Shown: positions 50,557 through 60,298 of the stretch, piece after piece | Numbering within the stretch: the first letter of the stretch is position 1 | Layout of the letters: every line of letters starts with the position of its first letter | Assembly (NCBI GenBank): GCA_963850305.1 | Contig: CAWKKR010000008.1 | Span: 416,001 to 480,000 of the forward strand | Direction: 5' to 3' | DNA from: an uncultured delta proteobacterium | GTDB taxonomy: Bacteria > Myxococcota_A > Polyangia > Polyangiales > Polyangiaceae | DNA: 64,000 nt | Notes under the pieces: model-generated | Seen by the model: the letters and a program-made list of their open reading frames with translations, nothing else | Told to the model about the DNA's origin: nothing | Database searches by the model: none | Translations under genes and position numbers: made by a program

Positions 50557-50726
50557 CCGGCGCGACCGCGGAGACGCGCTTCGACTTCCGCCCAGGGCTT
50601 GCCGCTCGGGCCACGATCAGAATCAGGCGTCGAGTCGTCGAGGCTAGAAATAAGGTCTCCGGCAAGCTTCGCACGCGCGTCGACAGGCAAGCGGAGAGCC
50701 TCAAGGAGTAGCTGTTCGACATCCAT
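50553..50726 (-). pseudogene. Addiction-module antitoxin (TIGR02574-like), apparently internally shortened (57 aa)
   Basis: MDVEQLLLEALRLPVDARAKLAGDLISSLD...KPWAEVEARL; lacks the usual central AWxxEIxRR helix. Confidence 0.7.
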
Positions 50727-50964
50727 GTACGAACTCTATCGGAAGGCGAGCCCAGGAGCATGCGCCGGTCGGGCAGCCCAGTCCGGGAACTCTTCCCACG
50801 CCGTACGGAATCGAAGGGAACACCGATGATCTACTGCCGTGGTCGAAGCTCCAGCGTTGCTTGGATAGCCCTCGTGTGCGGCCCGCTCACGTCCGGCACC
50901 CGCCGCGGACGGCGCGCGATAGCTCACGCACGGAGGCTCGTGAGTCAGCCAGGCCCACGGCGTT

Positions 50965-51115
50965 CTAGCCGCACCGAAGACCAGGACGCCTGCTCGCGTG
51001 TGCGAAAGCGAGGATCAGGATCGGGCGTCGTCGACGCGATACACGATGCTGAAGGGAAATCGGCGCAAGAGAGGGCGCCGACTTCGCTCTCCGCCATGCC
51101 CGCTCGATCGCTTCA
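50965..51115 (-). pseudogene. Second RelE/ParE toxin C-terminal fragment (frameshifted)
   Basis: RRPLLRRFPFSIVYRVDD + ILILAFAHASRRPG in adjacent frames. Confidence 0.7.
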
Positions 51116-51139
51116 AGCGGGAACCGCTGTAAGCCGCCT

Positions 51140-51397
51140 TCACGGAACCCACGTCCAGCCGAACCTGTACACGGCCCACCACACGAAGGTCGTGAACAGC
51201 ATCGCCGCGCACGCGACGAGAAGCGCGGCCGCGTGGCATGCAAAGCGCAGCGGCCGCGGAACGCGACCGTGAAACCAACTTGCCGACAGGGTCGCCAAGC
51301 CCGCGGGAGGCAACACTGCCCACGGGACGAATAGCCCCTTGCCGGCGCCCCGCGCGACGCTCACGGCGCAAATTGCCGAAAGCGTTGTGTCGTTCAA
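51140..51397 (-). pseudogene. Membrane protein fragment
   Basis: Two hydrophobic helices ending WWAVYRFGWTWVP*; no convincing start. Confidence 0.35.
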
Positions 51398-51440
51398 TCC
51401 GTTATCACCGGTCGCTCAAGGGACAGTGCGCCTCCCCGGA

Positions 51441-52175
51441 CCGATAACTGCTTCACGCAGCGCGACGAGGCGTCCGTCGGCCGTGATACCCGCTTCTCGT
51501 GCTATGAGGACCCCTCCGTCCGCCGCGATAAGTGGATCACGCGCCGTGAGGACGCGTCCGTCGGCCGTGATACCCACTTCACACGTCGTGAGGACACCTC
51601 CGTCGGCCGTGATAACCCCTTCACACGTCGTGAGGACACCTCCGTCGGCAGCGCGGACGCGTTCTCACGGCCGTGAGACCCGCTTCACACGTCGTGAGGA
51701 CACCTCCGTCGGCCGTGAGACCCGCTTCGCACGTCGTGAGGACACCTCCGTCGGCCGTGATAACCCCTTCACACGCCGTGAGGACACCTCCGTCGGCAGC
51801 GCGGACGCGTTCTCACGGCCGTGAGACTCGCTTCACACGCCGTGCGGACACGTCCGTCGGCCGTGATAACCCCTTCACACGCCGTGAGGACACCTCCGTC
51901 GGCCGTGGTAACCCCTTCACACGTCGTGAGGACACCTCCGTCGGCCGTGAGACCCGCTTCACACGCCGTGAGGACACCTCCGTCGGCAGCGCGGACGCGT
52001 CCTCACGGCCGTGAGACCCGCTTCACACGCCGTGAGGACACCTCCGTCGGCCGTGAGACCCGCCTCACACGCCGTGAGGACACGTCCGTCGGCCGTGATA
52101 CCCGCTTCACACGCCGTGAGGACACGTCCGTCGGCCGTGAGACCCGCTTCACGCGCCGTGAGGACGCTTTCTCGC
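51441..52175. repeat. 21-bp tandem array 3 (~35 units, alternating types)
   Basis: GAGGACACCTCCGTCGGCCGT alternating with GAGACCCGCTTCACACGYCGT / GATAACCCCTTCACACGYCGT, with occasional GCGGACGCGTTCTCACGGCCGT. Confidence 0.95.
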
Positions 52176-52247
52176 GGGCGAGCGAACCGATCACTCCGCC
52201 GCGGGACTCGACTACCACGCCGCGTGGGGCCGTTCGCGCTCGTGGCC

Positions 52248-53699
52248 TCAAGCCGAAAATTCCATCACTCCGTCTTCCACGGCGCCAAGTTTGAGGCTGA
52301 CCGTGTCGAGCGCGTAGTTTTGGTGGAGCCTCCAGGGGGCGCGCGAACCCTGTTTTGGAAACTTGTCGAGCGAGCGTTGTATGTAGCTCGATGAAAAGTC
52401 GATCCACGACTCTCTCTCGATGGTCGGATCGTTCGCGCGCGGCGTGCATTGCCGATAGCCGCGGCGCTTCATGCGATTGAGCAGGCGACAGACGTATTCG
52501 CACGTCAGATCGCACTTCAACGTCCAGGATGCGTTCGTGTATCCGACGCAGGCGGCGAGGTTGGGGACGTCGCTGTACATCATTCCCTTGTAGCTCATGG
52601 TGTCCTTCATCTCGACGCGCCGGCCATCGACGGTCAGCTCCACGCCACCCATGACTTTCAGCTCGAGACCCGTCGCCGTGACGACGAGATCCGCATCGAG
52701 GTCGGCGCCGGAGCGGAGCTTGATTCCCGTCTCCGTGAAGGTCTCGATGTGGCCGGTGACGACGGACGCGTGGCCGTCCCGGATTGCCTTGAAGAGATCC
52801 CCGTCCGGCACGAGACACACGCGCTGATCCCACGGGTTGTAGCGCGGGGTGAAATGCGTCTCGACGTCGTAGTTCGGGCCGAGCTGCGCTCTGACACCGC
52901 GGAGGATCAGTTCTTTGATCCGCTCGGGCCGCCGCTTGCTCATCTGGAAGAAGAACATCCCGAGCGCCACGTTCTTCCACCGCGTGACGTCGTAAGCGAC
53001 GTGTGACGGCACGCGCCCGCGCAGCCAGGCGGCGACCGGGTCCTCTTGCGGGCGCGAGATGACGTACGTCGGGGAACGCTGGAGCATCGTGACGTGCGCG
53101 GCGGATTTCGCCATCGCGGGTACGAGCGTGACGGCGGTCGCGCCGCTGCCGATCACGACGACGCGCTGTTGCTCGTACTCCACGTCCGCAGTCCACTTTT
53201 GGGGATGAACGACCCGCCCGCGGAACCGCTCGATGCCCGGGAAGCTCGGCGTGTAGCCGTCCGCGTAATCGTAGTAACCCGAGCACGCCAGGAAGAAGTT
53301 GCACGTGTAATGCACGACCTCTTTCTCGGCACCGCGTTCGACGTCGACCGTCCACTTCGCGTCCTGGGACGACCAGGACGCGCGCACGACTCGTTCGTGA
53401 AGCCTGATCTTGCGATCGATGCCGTAGTCCTTCGCGGTCTGCTGGAGATACGCGAGGATGGCCGGGCCGTCCGCGATCGCTTTCGGGTTCGTCCAGGGAC
53501 GGAACGAATACCCGAGCGTGTACATGTCGGAATCGGAGCGAATGCCCGGATACCGGAACAGATCCCACGTGCCGCCCAGGGCACCGCGCGCCTCGAGGAT
53601 CGCGAAGGATCGGTCCGCGCATCGGGTCTGCAGGTGGTACGCGGCGCCGATGCCCGAGATGCCGGCACCCACGATGAGCACGTCGAAATGTTCGGTCAT
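52248..53699 (-). CDS. ethA: EthA-like flavin-containing (Baeyer-Villiger) monooxygenase
   Basis: GAGISG, GGTWDLFRYPGIRSDSD, FRGRVVHPQKW, GSGATA, PWDQRVC, GYTNASWTLK. Confidence 0.93.
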   Translation of the reverse strand: MTEHFDVLIVGAGISGIGAAYHLQTRCADRSFAILEARGALGGTWDLFRYPGIRSDSDMYTLGYSFRPWTNPKAIADGPAILAYLQQTAKDYGIDRKIRLHERVVRASWSSQDAKWTVDVERGAEKEVVHYTCNFFLACSGYYDYADGYTPSFPGIERFRGRVVHPQKWTADVEYEQQRVVVIGSGATAVTLVPAMAKSAAHVTMLQRSPTYVISRPQEDPVAAWLRGRVPSHVAYDVTRWKNVALGMFFFQMSKRRPERIKELILRGVRAQLGPNYDVETHFTPRYNPWDQRVCLVPDGDLFKAIRDGHASVVTGHIETFTETGIKLRSGADLDADLVVTATGLELKVMGGVELTVDGRRVEMKDTMSYKGMMYSDVPNLAACVGYTNASWTLKCDLTCEYVCRLLNRMKRRGYRQCTPRANDPTIERESWIDFSSSYIQRSLDKFPKQGSRAPWRLHQNYALDTVSLKLGAVEDGVMEFSA

Positions 53700-53704
53700 G
53701 AGCG

Positions 53705-55294
53705 TCACTTCATGCCGTGACCCTTGCCGACGATCACCTTCCACGCGGCGTCGACACTCCAGTCGTCGTGGACATGGGGCGGATGGTGACACGCGGGGGC
53801 GCACAATGATTTCGGCGGACTCTTGATGATGGTGCCGAGCTTCGTCGGGTCGTCTTCATGGAGGGAGCCGGGGCCGTGGCAGACCTCGCACTGTACGTTT
53901 TCCAGCCCGGCAACGTGTGTGACGGTCGAGCCGCCCGGCTTTTCGTAACCGGTAACGTGGCACGAAACGCAATCCAGGTTGAACTCCTTGTGCTGCTTGG
54001 AGAGCGCCGCGTAGGCGCCCGCATGAGGCGTGTGCTGCCAGAACTTGTACTCTTCGTCGTGGCAGCCGGCGCACGTGTCGATCCCCACGTACGAGGCTTC
54101 GCCCTTGGGAACCGGCGGCGGAAGCCGGTCCTTGAACGCGTCGCGATTGTGATCGTTCACCCGCGCGTAATAGTCGTCGATGCGGCGCTGGACTCCGGGT
54201 GCAGTGCCGAGCGTGTCGTGGATCGCCTCCGACCGATACCGGAAGAAGCTACCCTCCACCGGCGGCTCCTCGGCGGGCAAGGCGGCGAGATCCTGCCGGA
54301 GGTGGCCGAGGTCCTTCTTTCGCGCGGCGATGTCCGCGGCGCTCGCGCCTTTGGCTCCGCCGTCGCCGACACGCCGCTCGATATCGAGGATTCTCTGTTC
54401 GAGGCTCTGGCGTTGCTCGATGGCGGAAATGCCGGTTCCGTCCTTGAAGTCGAACGAGCCGCGGACGAACAGATCGAGGACGGCGACGCCCTGGATGTGG
54501 TTGGGCGCCTGGATGACGAGCGTGTCGCCGACAAGCTCCGGGGGGATGGTCGGGTCGTTGCCGTCTCCCTTGTCGTAAGGTTTGCCGACCACGAAGGCCT
54601 GAAAGCCGGGAACGAGCTCCGCTAGCCTGAGCGCGCGCCCCCGTTCGACCGCCACCAGCGCGACGAGGACCTGCGCGTTCTGTTTCCGGAGGTCGGCCAG
54701 GGCGGCGACGAGCGCTGCTTTCGGGTCGCTCACCGTGACACCAGCAGGAAGCCCCAGCGGCCCGGATGGATCGCTGACGCCCGCGAGCCCGACGCGATAC
54801 CCGTTGATCTCGATGACGCGCGTCGCTTTCGCGCCGGCGGTCGCGCCGCTCAGGTTACCGGCAAGCAGGTCCGCGCGCGCGAGCTTTGCCAGGCGTTCCA
54901 GCTCGGGAGCCCCCGCCGCCCAATCGTTTTCGCCCGGCGCCCACGCGACGAGGCCCATGTCGCCGAGGGACGCCGCGAGCGCTTCGGCTTTCCAGAGATC
55001 CTGGGTCGCGTGACCAGGCTCGCTGGCGGGATCCAGGAACAGCATGGGCCCTGCACCGACGACCAGGGAGTGGGGGGCGTCCTTCTTCTGGGCTTGGACG
55101 AAAGCGGTTGCATGATTAACACCGCCCAGTTGGTCCTTCGTACAGCCGCAGGGTTCGAGCGCCCCGGCAGCGGTCGAGACGACGTAGAGGCGTATGGTCG
55201 GCGTGACGGTCGCACCGGCCGCCGCCGCCGGTGTTCGCCGGCAAGAAGCGATCGCCATCGCGAGCGTGACGAGGACGACCCACCGGCGCGTCAT
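53705..55294 (-). CDS. UshA/5'-nucleotidase-like N-terminal domain fused to a tetraheme c554-like cytochrome
   Basis: Lipoprotein-like signal, GALEPCGC...GG, PGEND; hemes CAGCH, CVSCH, CEVCH and CAPACH. Confidence 0.8.
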   Translation of the reverse strand: MTRRWVVLVTLAMAIASCRRTPAAAAGATVTPTIRLYVVSTAAGALEPCGCTKDQLGGVNHATAFVQAQKKDAPHSLVVGAGPMLFLDPASEPGHATQDLWKAEALAASLGDMGLVAWAPGENDWAAGAPELERLAKLARADLLAGNLSGATAGAKATRVIEINGYRVGLAGVSDPSGPLGLPAGVTVSDPKAALVAALADLRKQNAQVLVALVAVERGRALRLAELVPGFQAFVVGKPYDKGDGNDPTIPPELVGDTLVIQAPNHIQGVAVLDLFVRGSFDFKDGTGISAIEQRQSLEQRILDIERRVGDGGAKGASAADIAARKKDLGHLRQDLAALPAEEPPVEGSFFRYRSEAIHDTLGTAPGVQRRIDDYYARVNDHNRDAFKDRLPPPVPKGEASYVGIDTCAGCHDEEYKFWQHTPHAGAYAALSKQHKEFNLDCVSCHVTGYEKPGGSTVTHVAGLENVQCEVCHGPGSLHEDDPTKLGTIIKSPPKSLCAPACHHPPHVHDDWSVDAAWKVIVGKGHGMK

Positions 55295-56757
55295 GGCCTC
55301 GGCGCGAACGGCAGAATGCTCTTCAGGTCTTCGTCGTTGAAGCGGAGATTCAGGCCCACGAAATAGTCTCTTCGATCGTAGCTCAGGATGTCGTCGGCAC
55401 CGCCGAGCAACCATAGCCTTTTGACGAACGCATAGCTCAGGAAGACGCGCCACCGGGGCAACACGGTTTCGCCGAAGCCGAAGAGATCTTGAACGAGCTC
55501 GAGTCTATCGTCGAGAACCAGGAGATCGAGTCCCACGCCGCCCGTCGATTCCTTGATCCCGAACCTTCCGACGAACGGACCGACCCGCTGGGCGAACTGC
55601 AAGCTGAAGCGCAGGCCATTCGTCGTGACGGTACGGATTTCTCGGTACTGCGGGGGATCCGCGGGGTTGGTAGTTTGAACCGTCGTATCCTGGATGCTCG
55701 TGCTGCCGCGCGGGTCGTTCACGACCTCGATCGAGTAGTACTTATCCTCGCGCGGCTGGAGCCGGAGCTCCACGAAGCTCTTCACGGTCTGCGAGCGGAA
55801 CTGAAAATCACTCCGGAGCGAGACGATCGTCTGAAGGCGAGATATGCCCCCCACGAAGTCGCCGACGTCTTCCGCCACACCCTGAACCTCGTTGATGAGC
55901 TTGTCGTCCTTGCTCAGACGCCCGAGAGTGCCTTCGCCCCGCTCGATCCGCCCGGTGACGGTCTTCAGGCTCGCGAGCGTGTCCTCCAGGCTCGAGCTGG
56001 CGTGATTGACCCTGTCGACGATGTCGCGGATCTCGCCCTGCGACGCCCCGTTGCCGTTGCCGGTCTTCGCGACGAGCTCACGAACGTTTTCGGTCACCGC
56101 GCGGGTGTTCTCGAGAATCCGATCGACGTCCGGCGCGCCCTTCGTCGTGATGGTCTGGACCTGCGAAAGGATGCTGTGAATCGACTCGCGGTTTTCGCGG
56201 ACGGTCTTGTTCAGCGCGTCCGTCACGTCGGCGAGGTTCTGCAGGGTGTCGCGCATGTTGCTCTGCCCCTGCGGCGTGCCGACGGTGTTCACCAGCGCCT
56301 CGGCGACTCGATTGATCTTCTCCGCGAGGTGCGCCACGTCGCGCAGGATTTCATCGGTGGTCGTCGCTTCGATGACGTTGCGGATCTCGTCACCGTCCTT
56401 CAGCCTGCGAAGCCCCTCCGTCCCCGGCACGATGGCGATGTAATATTCTCCGAGAAGGCTCGCGCTGCTCTTGATGACCGCCGCGTCATCGAAGAGCGCC
56501 ACGTCGGGACGAATCTTCATGTCGATGCGAGCCTTGCCCTGTTCCAGCCGGATCCCCGTGATCTGCCCGACGCCGATGCCCGCGACGCGTACGAGGGAAC
56601 GATTCGCAATGCCGCTCGCGTCGGCCATGCGCACGAACACGGTGTACCCTTGGTCGCTGCCGCCGGTCTGACGGACGAAGCGGTAGATGGCGAACCCGGC
56701 GACGAGCATGATGACGGTGAAGGCCCCGACCTTTGCGGCAAGCGTGAACCGTCTCAT
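55291..56757 (-). CDS. mlaD: MlaD/MCE family protein with long helical region and beta-rich C-terminus
   Basis: N-terminal TM, DASGI...VRVAGIGVGQI, SLLGEYYIAIVPG, GEGTLGRL. Confidence 0.88.
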   Translation of the reverse strand: MRRFTLAAKVGAFTVIMLVAGFAIYRFVRQTGGSDQGYTVFVRMADASGIANRSLVRVAGIGVGQITGIRLEQGKARIDMKIRPDVALFDDAAVIKSSASLLGEYYIAIVPGTEGLRRLKDGDEIRNVIEATTTDEILRDVAHLAEKINRVAEALVNTVGTPQGQSNMRDTLQNLADVTDALNKTVRENRESIHSILSQVQTITTKGAPDVDRILENTRAVTENVRELVAKTGNGNGASQGEIRDIVDRVNHASSSLEDTLASLKTVTGRIERGEGTLGRLSKDDKLINEVQGVAEDVGDFVGGISRLQTIVSLRSDFQFRSQTVKSFVELRLQPREDKYYSIEVVNDPRGSTSIQDTTVQTTNPADPPQYREIRTVTTNGLRFSLQFAQRVGPFVGRFGIKESTGGVGLDLLVLDDRLELVQDLFGFGETVLPRWRVFLSYAFVKRLWLLGGADDILSYDRRDYFVGLNLRFNDEDLKSILPFAPRP

Positions 56758-56815
56758 CGTCGCTCGAGCGAAACTACCAGGGGAACCTCTCGGGGTCGAC
56801 TTCCGCACCACCTCG

Positions 56816-58072
56816 ATGCGACGGAAAAAGGTCGTGCTTCTGCTCGCCCCCATCGCATTGGGTTGCGCGGTCTTCGCCGTCGGATGCGCGGCTCCGTCCG
56901 CCGAGACGCCCGTCCGAGCCAAAGTCGCCGGCTTTGACGCGAGAGCGGGGGTCCGCGCGTCGATGGCCGTGCCCGCCTGGCGGGACACCATCGCGTCGCC
57001 GACGCCAGGAGCCAGCGACGCAGAACTATCGTTCTGCGGGGACGCGGACGCGGCGCTCACGGATGTAGCGACTCAGCTTGCGCGAAGAGCCGCACGCGGC
57101 GAACCCGAGGTCGACGCTCCCGAGATCGACTTCGACCTGCGGCGAGCGGGCTCGCCCCTCGTGTGGCCACATGTATGGACGCTTTCCGGCGCGTCCCCTG
57201 GCGACGCGCCCGACCGGTTGCGTGCATTCCTGCAGACGCTTCCGCCTCAGGGCAATCGCCGGTGTGGCGTCGCCCGGGCGCTCGCAAGAGACCACACCGA
57301 GACCGTCGCGGCGGTCGTGACGGACGCCGTGGCCGATCTCGACCCTACCCCCGTCCGGGTGCACGCCGGTCAGTGGATCCGGATCACCGCACGGCTCCTG
57401 GTTCCCGCGACCAGCGCCAAGCTCGTCGTGCTCGGTCCGTTCGGGCCGCCGCGCATCCTCCCGACCACGCTGCACGGGGACCGGATCGAGTCGACGTTCG
57501 CCGTCGACCGAGAGGGAGCGTGGAGCGCGCAGGTCCTCGCGACGCTCTCGTCCGGACCGAGACCCGTTCTCGAGGCGACCCTCTTTGCCGACGCCGAACC
57601 CCCGCGATCCTTCGGCGGTTCGAGCGCCCCCGGAGAAGACGCGGGTCGCGGCGAGACCGACGACGCAAACCGTCTTTTTGCGATGCTCGAGGACGCTCGG
57701 CGCTTGGACGGTCTGGCCTCGATGACTCGGAACACCGCCCTCGACGCCCTTGCCGTATCCCACGCCCGGGCGATGCATGCGCGGCGACTTCTCGCGCACG
57801 ACGCAGGCGACGGCAGTCCCACGGAACGCCTCCGCGGCGTTTCGGTGTCGCGTTTCGGAGAGAACGTCGCACACGCCGCTGACGTCCGTGGTGCCCACCG
57901 GATCCTCTGGGCGAGCCCCTCGCACCGCGGAAACCTGCTCGATCCGAGCTTCGACGCCGTCGGCGTCGGAGTCGATCGCGACGAGGACGGGAGCGTATGG
58001 GTTTGCGAGGTCTTCGGGGATTTCGCGGGGGACCGAACTCGGCGCTTTCAAACCACGCGCGGGACGGAGTAG
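56816..58072 (+). CDS. CAP/SCP domain lipoprotein
   Basis: AVG-C signal; HARAM...AH, GENVA, SPSHRGNLL, VGVG. Confidence 0.85.
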   Translation: MRRKKVVLLLAPIALGCAVFAVGCAAPSAETPVRAKVAGFDARAGVRASMAVPAWRDTIASPTPGASDAELSFCGDADAALTDVATQLARRAARGEPEVDAPEIDFDLRRAGSPLVWPHVWTLSGASPGDAPDRLRAFLQTLPPQGNRRCGVARALARDHTETVAAVVTDAVADLDPTPVRVHAGQWIRITARLLVPATSAKLVVLGPFGPPRILPTTLHGDRIESTFAVDREGAWSAQVLATLSSGPRPVLEATLFADAEPPRSFGGSSAPGEDAGRGETDDANRLFAMLEDARRLDGLASMTRNTALDALAVSHARAMHARRLLAHDAGDGSPTERLRGVSVSRFGENVAHAADVRGAHRILWASPSHRGNLLDPSFDAVGVGVDRDEDGSVWVCEVFGDFAGDRTRRFQTTRGTE

Positions 58073-58083
58073 GTTCACCCGCT

Positions 58084-59868
58084 GTGACGGACGAAGGAAG
58101 CACCGTCGGGCGCAGAAGGCGGGCTCGGGGCCTGGCCAGGATCCTGGCGGCTGCCGCTACCGGGTCGGCGACGCTGCTCGCGCCCGCAGCTCGGGCGCAG
58201 CAGACGACATTCTATCTCGATCGGGCGCAGTTTTCGGGTGCGCCCGACGACGGCGCGGTGGTCTTTCGGCCGTATCTGTCCGACAAGACGCGGTACTACG
58301 CGAACGCCACGCTGGGCTATACGCTGCATCCGCTGCGCAATTCGAACGTCACGGACAACACGGCCCTCCAGCAGCTGATTGAAAACCCGGTCGACAATCA
58401 GCTCATCATGCACCTCGCCGTGGGGGCCGAATTTTTCGGTCGGTTCGGCCTTGAGCTCGCTCTGCCGATCACCGTATTCCAAAACGGCGGCAGGGATCCG
58501 AGCGAGGCGAGCGACGGAACGGCGACGGGGATCGGCGGGGGATTGCAGCGGACGCCGTTCGTCATGGACGACCTTCGGTTGAGCGCGAAGGTGCGCGTTT
58601 ACCAGTCCGACGACCGGAAGCTGCAACTCGGCGTGGGCGGCGCGGTCTTCGTCCCGACCGGAAACGCGACCGCGTTCGGGGGGGACAACCAGGCGACCGG
58701 GTATCTCTGGGGCAGCGGTGAATACAATTTCGGCGCGTTCACGCTCGCCGGCACTCTGGGACCGCACTTTCGCCCGAACTCCGGCATCGACGATGGCAAC
58801 AAGGGCGGGCTCGACGTGGGCTCCGAGCTCAGGTGGGCGGGGGGAGTATTCTTCCCGCTGCGGAGAGGTGACGTCCGGCTGGGTGCCTCTTTGTGGGGCA
58901 CAACCGGCATCGTCCAGGGCGCCACGACGGACCGCAGCACGTTTTTCAGTACGAACAACACCGATCTCGAGTGGCTCGGCGAAATCCGGTTCCGGTTGAG
59001 CAAGCAGCCGGAGACATCGACGGTTCAGCCCTTCAATTGGTACTTCAACGGCGGGCTCGGCACACGCCTCACCGCGGGCTACGGCGCGCCGGACGTCCGC
59101 ATGTTCGCCTCGATCGGCACGTGGTCGTCGCTGCTCGACTTCGGTCCGGGACAAGCCGCGCCCCGCCGTCAGCCACCGGACGTCGAGATGCACGACAAGG
59201 ATACCGACGGGGACGGTTATCCGGACGACATCGACGAGTGTCCGACGGAAAAGGAGGACGGCAAGCCGCCCAACCCGACGGATGGGTGCCCGGCACCGAA
59301 GGATCGCGACGGGGACGGCATCCCGGACGACGTCGACAAGTGCCCCGATCAGCCGGAGGACAAGGACGGCATCATGGACGATGACGGCTGTCCGGAAACG
59401 GATGCCGACAACGATGGCATTCCGGATACCGAAGACGCATGCCCGCTGATTCCTGGAGTCCCGAACAAGGATCCGAAGAAGAACGGCTGCAAGGAAGAGC
59501 ACAAGAAGATCATCGAGACCACGAACGGCCTCCAGCTCCTCGAACCGATCCAGTTCGACACCGGCAAGAGCACGATCAAGGAAGCCTCTTTCTCCGTGCT
59601 CGACGAGGTCGTGGACGTCCTCAATTCGAGACCCGACATCCGCATGGGTGTGTACGGCAACACCGACAGTCACGGCAGCCACGCGATGAACACGCAGCTC
59701 AGCAAGAGCCGGGCCCGGGCCGTCGTCGCCTACCTCGTACAGAAGGGCATCGCGAAGAGCCGGCTCGAATCCGACGGATTCGGCCCCGACAAGCCCGTCG
59801 ATACGAACGACACGGAAGAGGGACGCGCGAAGAACCGGCGCGTCGACTTCAAGATCCTCGAGAAGTGA
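58084..59868 (+). CDS. OmpA-family outer membrane protein with TSP3 repeats (TraB-like architecture)
   Basis: Beta-barrel-like N-terminus, DxDGDGxPDxxDxCP repeats, IQFDTG...GNTDS...LSKSRA...NRRVDF. Confidence 0.92.
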   Translation: MTDEGSTVGRRRRARGLARILAAAATGSATLLAPAARAQQTTFYLDRAQFSGAPDDGAVVFRPYLSDKTRYYANATLGYTLHPLRNSNVTDNTALQQLIENPVDNQLIMHLAVGAEFFGRFGLELALPITVFQNGGRDPSEASDGTATGIGGGLQRTPFVMDDLRLSAKVRVYQSDDRKLQLGVGGAVFVPTGNATAFGGDNQATGYLWGSGEYNFGAFTLAGTLGPHFRPNSGIDDGNKGGLDVGSELRWAGGVFFPLRRGDVRLGASLWGTTGIVQGATTDRSTFFSTNNTDLEWLGEIRFRLSKQPETSTVQPFNWYFNGGLGTRLTAGYGAPDVRMFASIGTWSSLLDFGPGQAAPRRQPPDVEMHDKDTDGDGYPDDIDECPTEKEDGKPPNPTDGCPAPKDRDGDGIPDDVDKCPDQPEDKDGIMDDDGCPETDADNDGIPDTEDACPLIPGVPNKDPKKNGCKEEHKKIIETTNGLQLLEPIQFDTGKSTIKEASFSVLDEVVDVLNSRPDIRMGVYGNTDSHGSHAMNTQLSKSRARAVVAYLVQKGIAKSRLESDGFGPDKPVDTNDTEEGRAKNRRVDFKILEK

Positions 59869-59877
59869 ACCGGCGGG

Positions 59878-60134
59878 CTAGGTAAAGGGGGTCTTGACCC
59901 CCGCGGCTCGCTTCGCAACCGCTCCCCCGCCTGGGTCCCGGGGGGGCCTTAGCCCCCCGCGGCTTGCTTCGCAACCGCTCCCCCCGCCTGGGTCCCGGGG
60001 GGGCCGGGCCTTAGCCCCCCGCGGCTTGCTTCGCAACCGCTCCCCCCGCCGCCTTCGGCGGGCTCGCTCCGCTCGCGTAGTTCCGCAGCTCTTTGATTCC
60101 TCGGGGACGACGCTGCTTGTCGATGCGGAACTAC
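59878..60134. repeat. REP/BIME-like composite between convergent genes, ending in a GTAG...CTAC inverted-repeat module
   Basis: Three variant units (GGGGGTCTTGACCCCC or GGGGGCCTTAGCCCCCC + GCTYGCTTCGCAACCG); perfect IR GTAGTTCCGCA (60077) / TGCGGAACTAC (60124). Confidence 0.9.
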
Positions 60135-60298
60135 TTGCTGTGCGGAGGCATCTTCGCCTCCTTGAAGACGACGTGCTCGCGCTTGACGGGATCGTACTTC
60201 TTCAGCTCGAGCTTGTTCGTCTGAGTGCGCTTGTTTTTCGTCGTGTAGTAGATGAAGCCGGTGCCGGCTGACGAAACGAGGCGGATGTTCTCTCGCAT
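60131..60298 (-). CDS. rpmG: 50S ribosomal protein L33 (Cys-free form)
   Basis: [25 protein letters not shown]...[18 protein letters not shown]. Confidence 0.97.
   Translation of the reverse strand: MRENIRLVSSAGTGFIYYTTKNKRTQTNKLELKKYDPVKREHVVFKEAKMPPHSK

Noticed and set aside
55140..55160. Selenocysteine recoding in the UshA-like domain
   Set aside because: The codons are TGC-GGC-TGT (Cys-Gly-Cys); there is no in-frame TGA.
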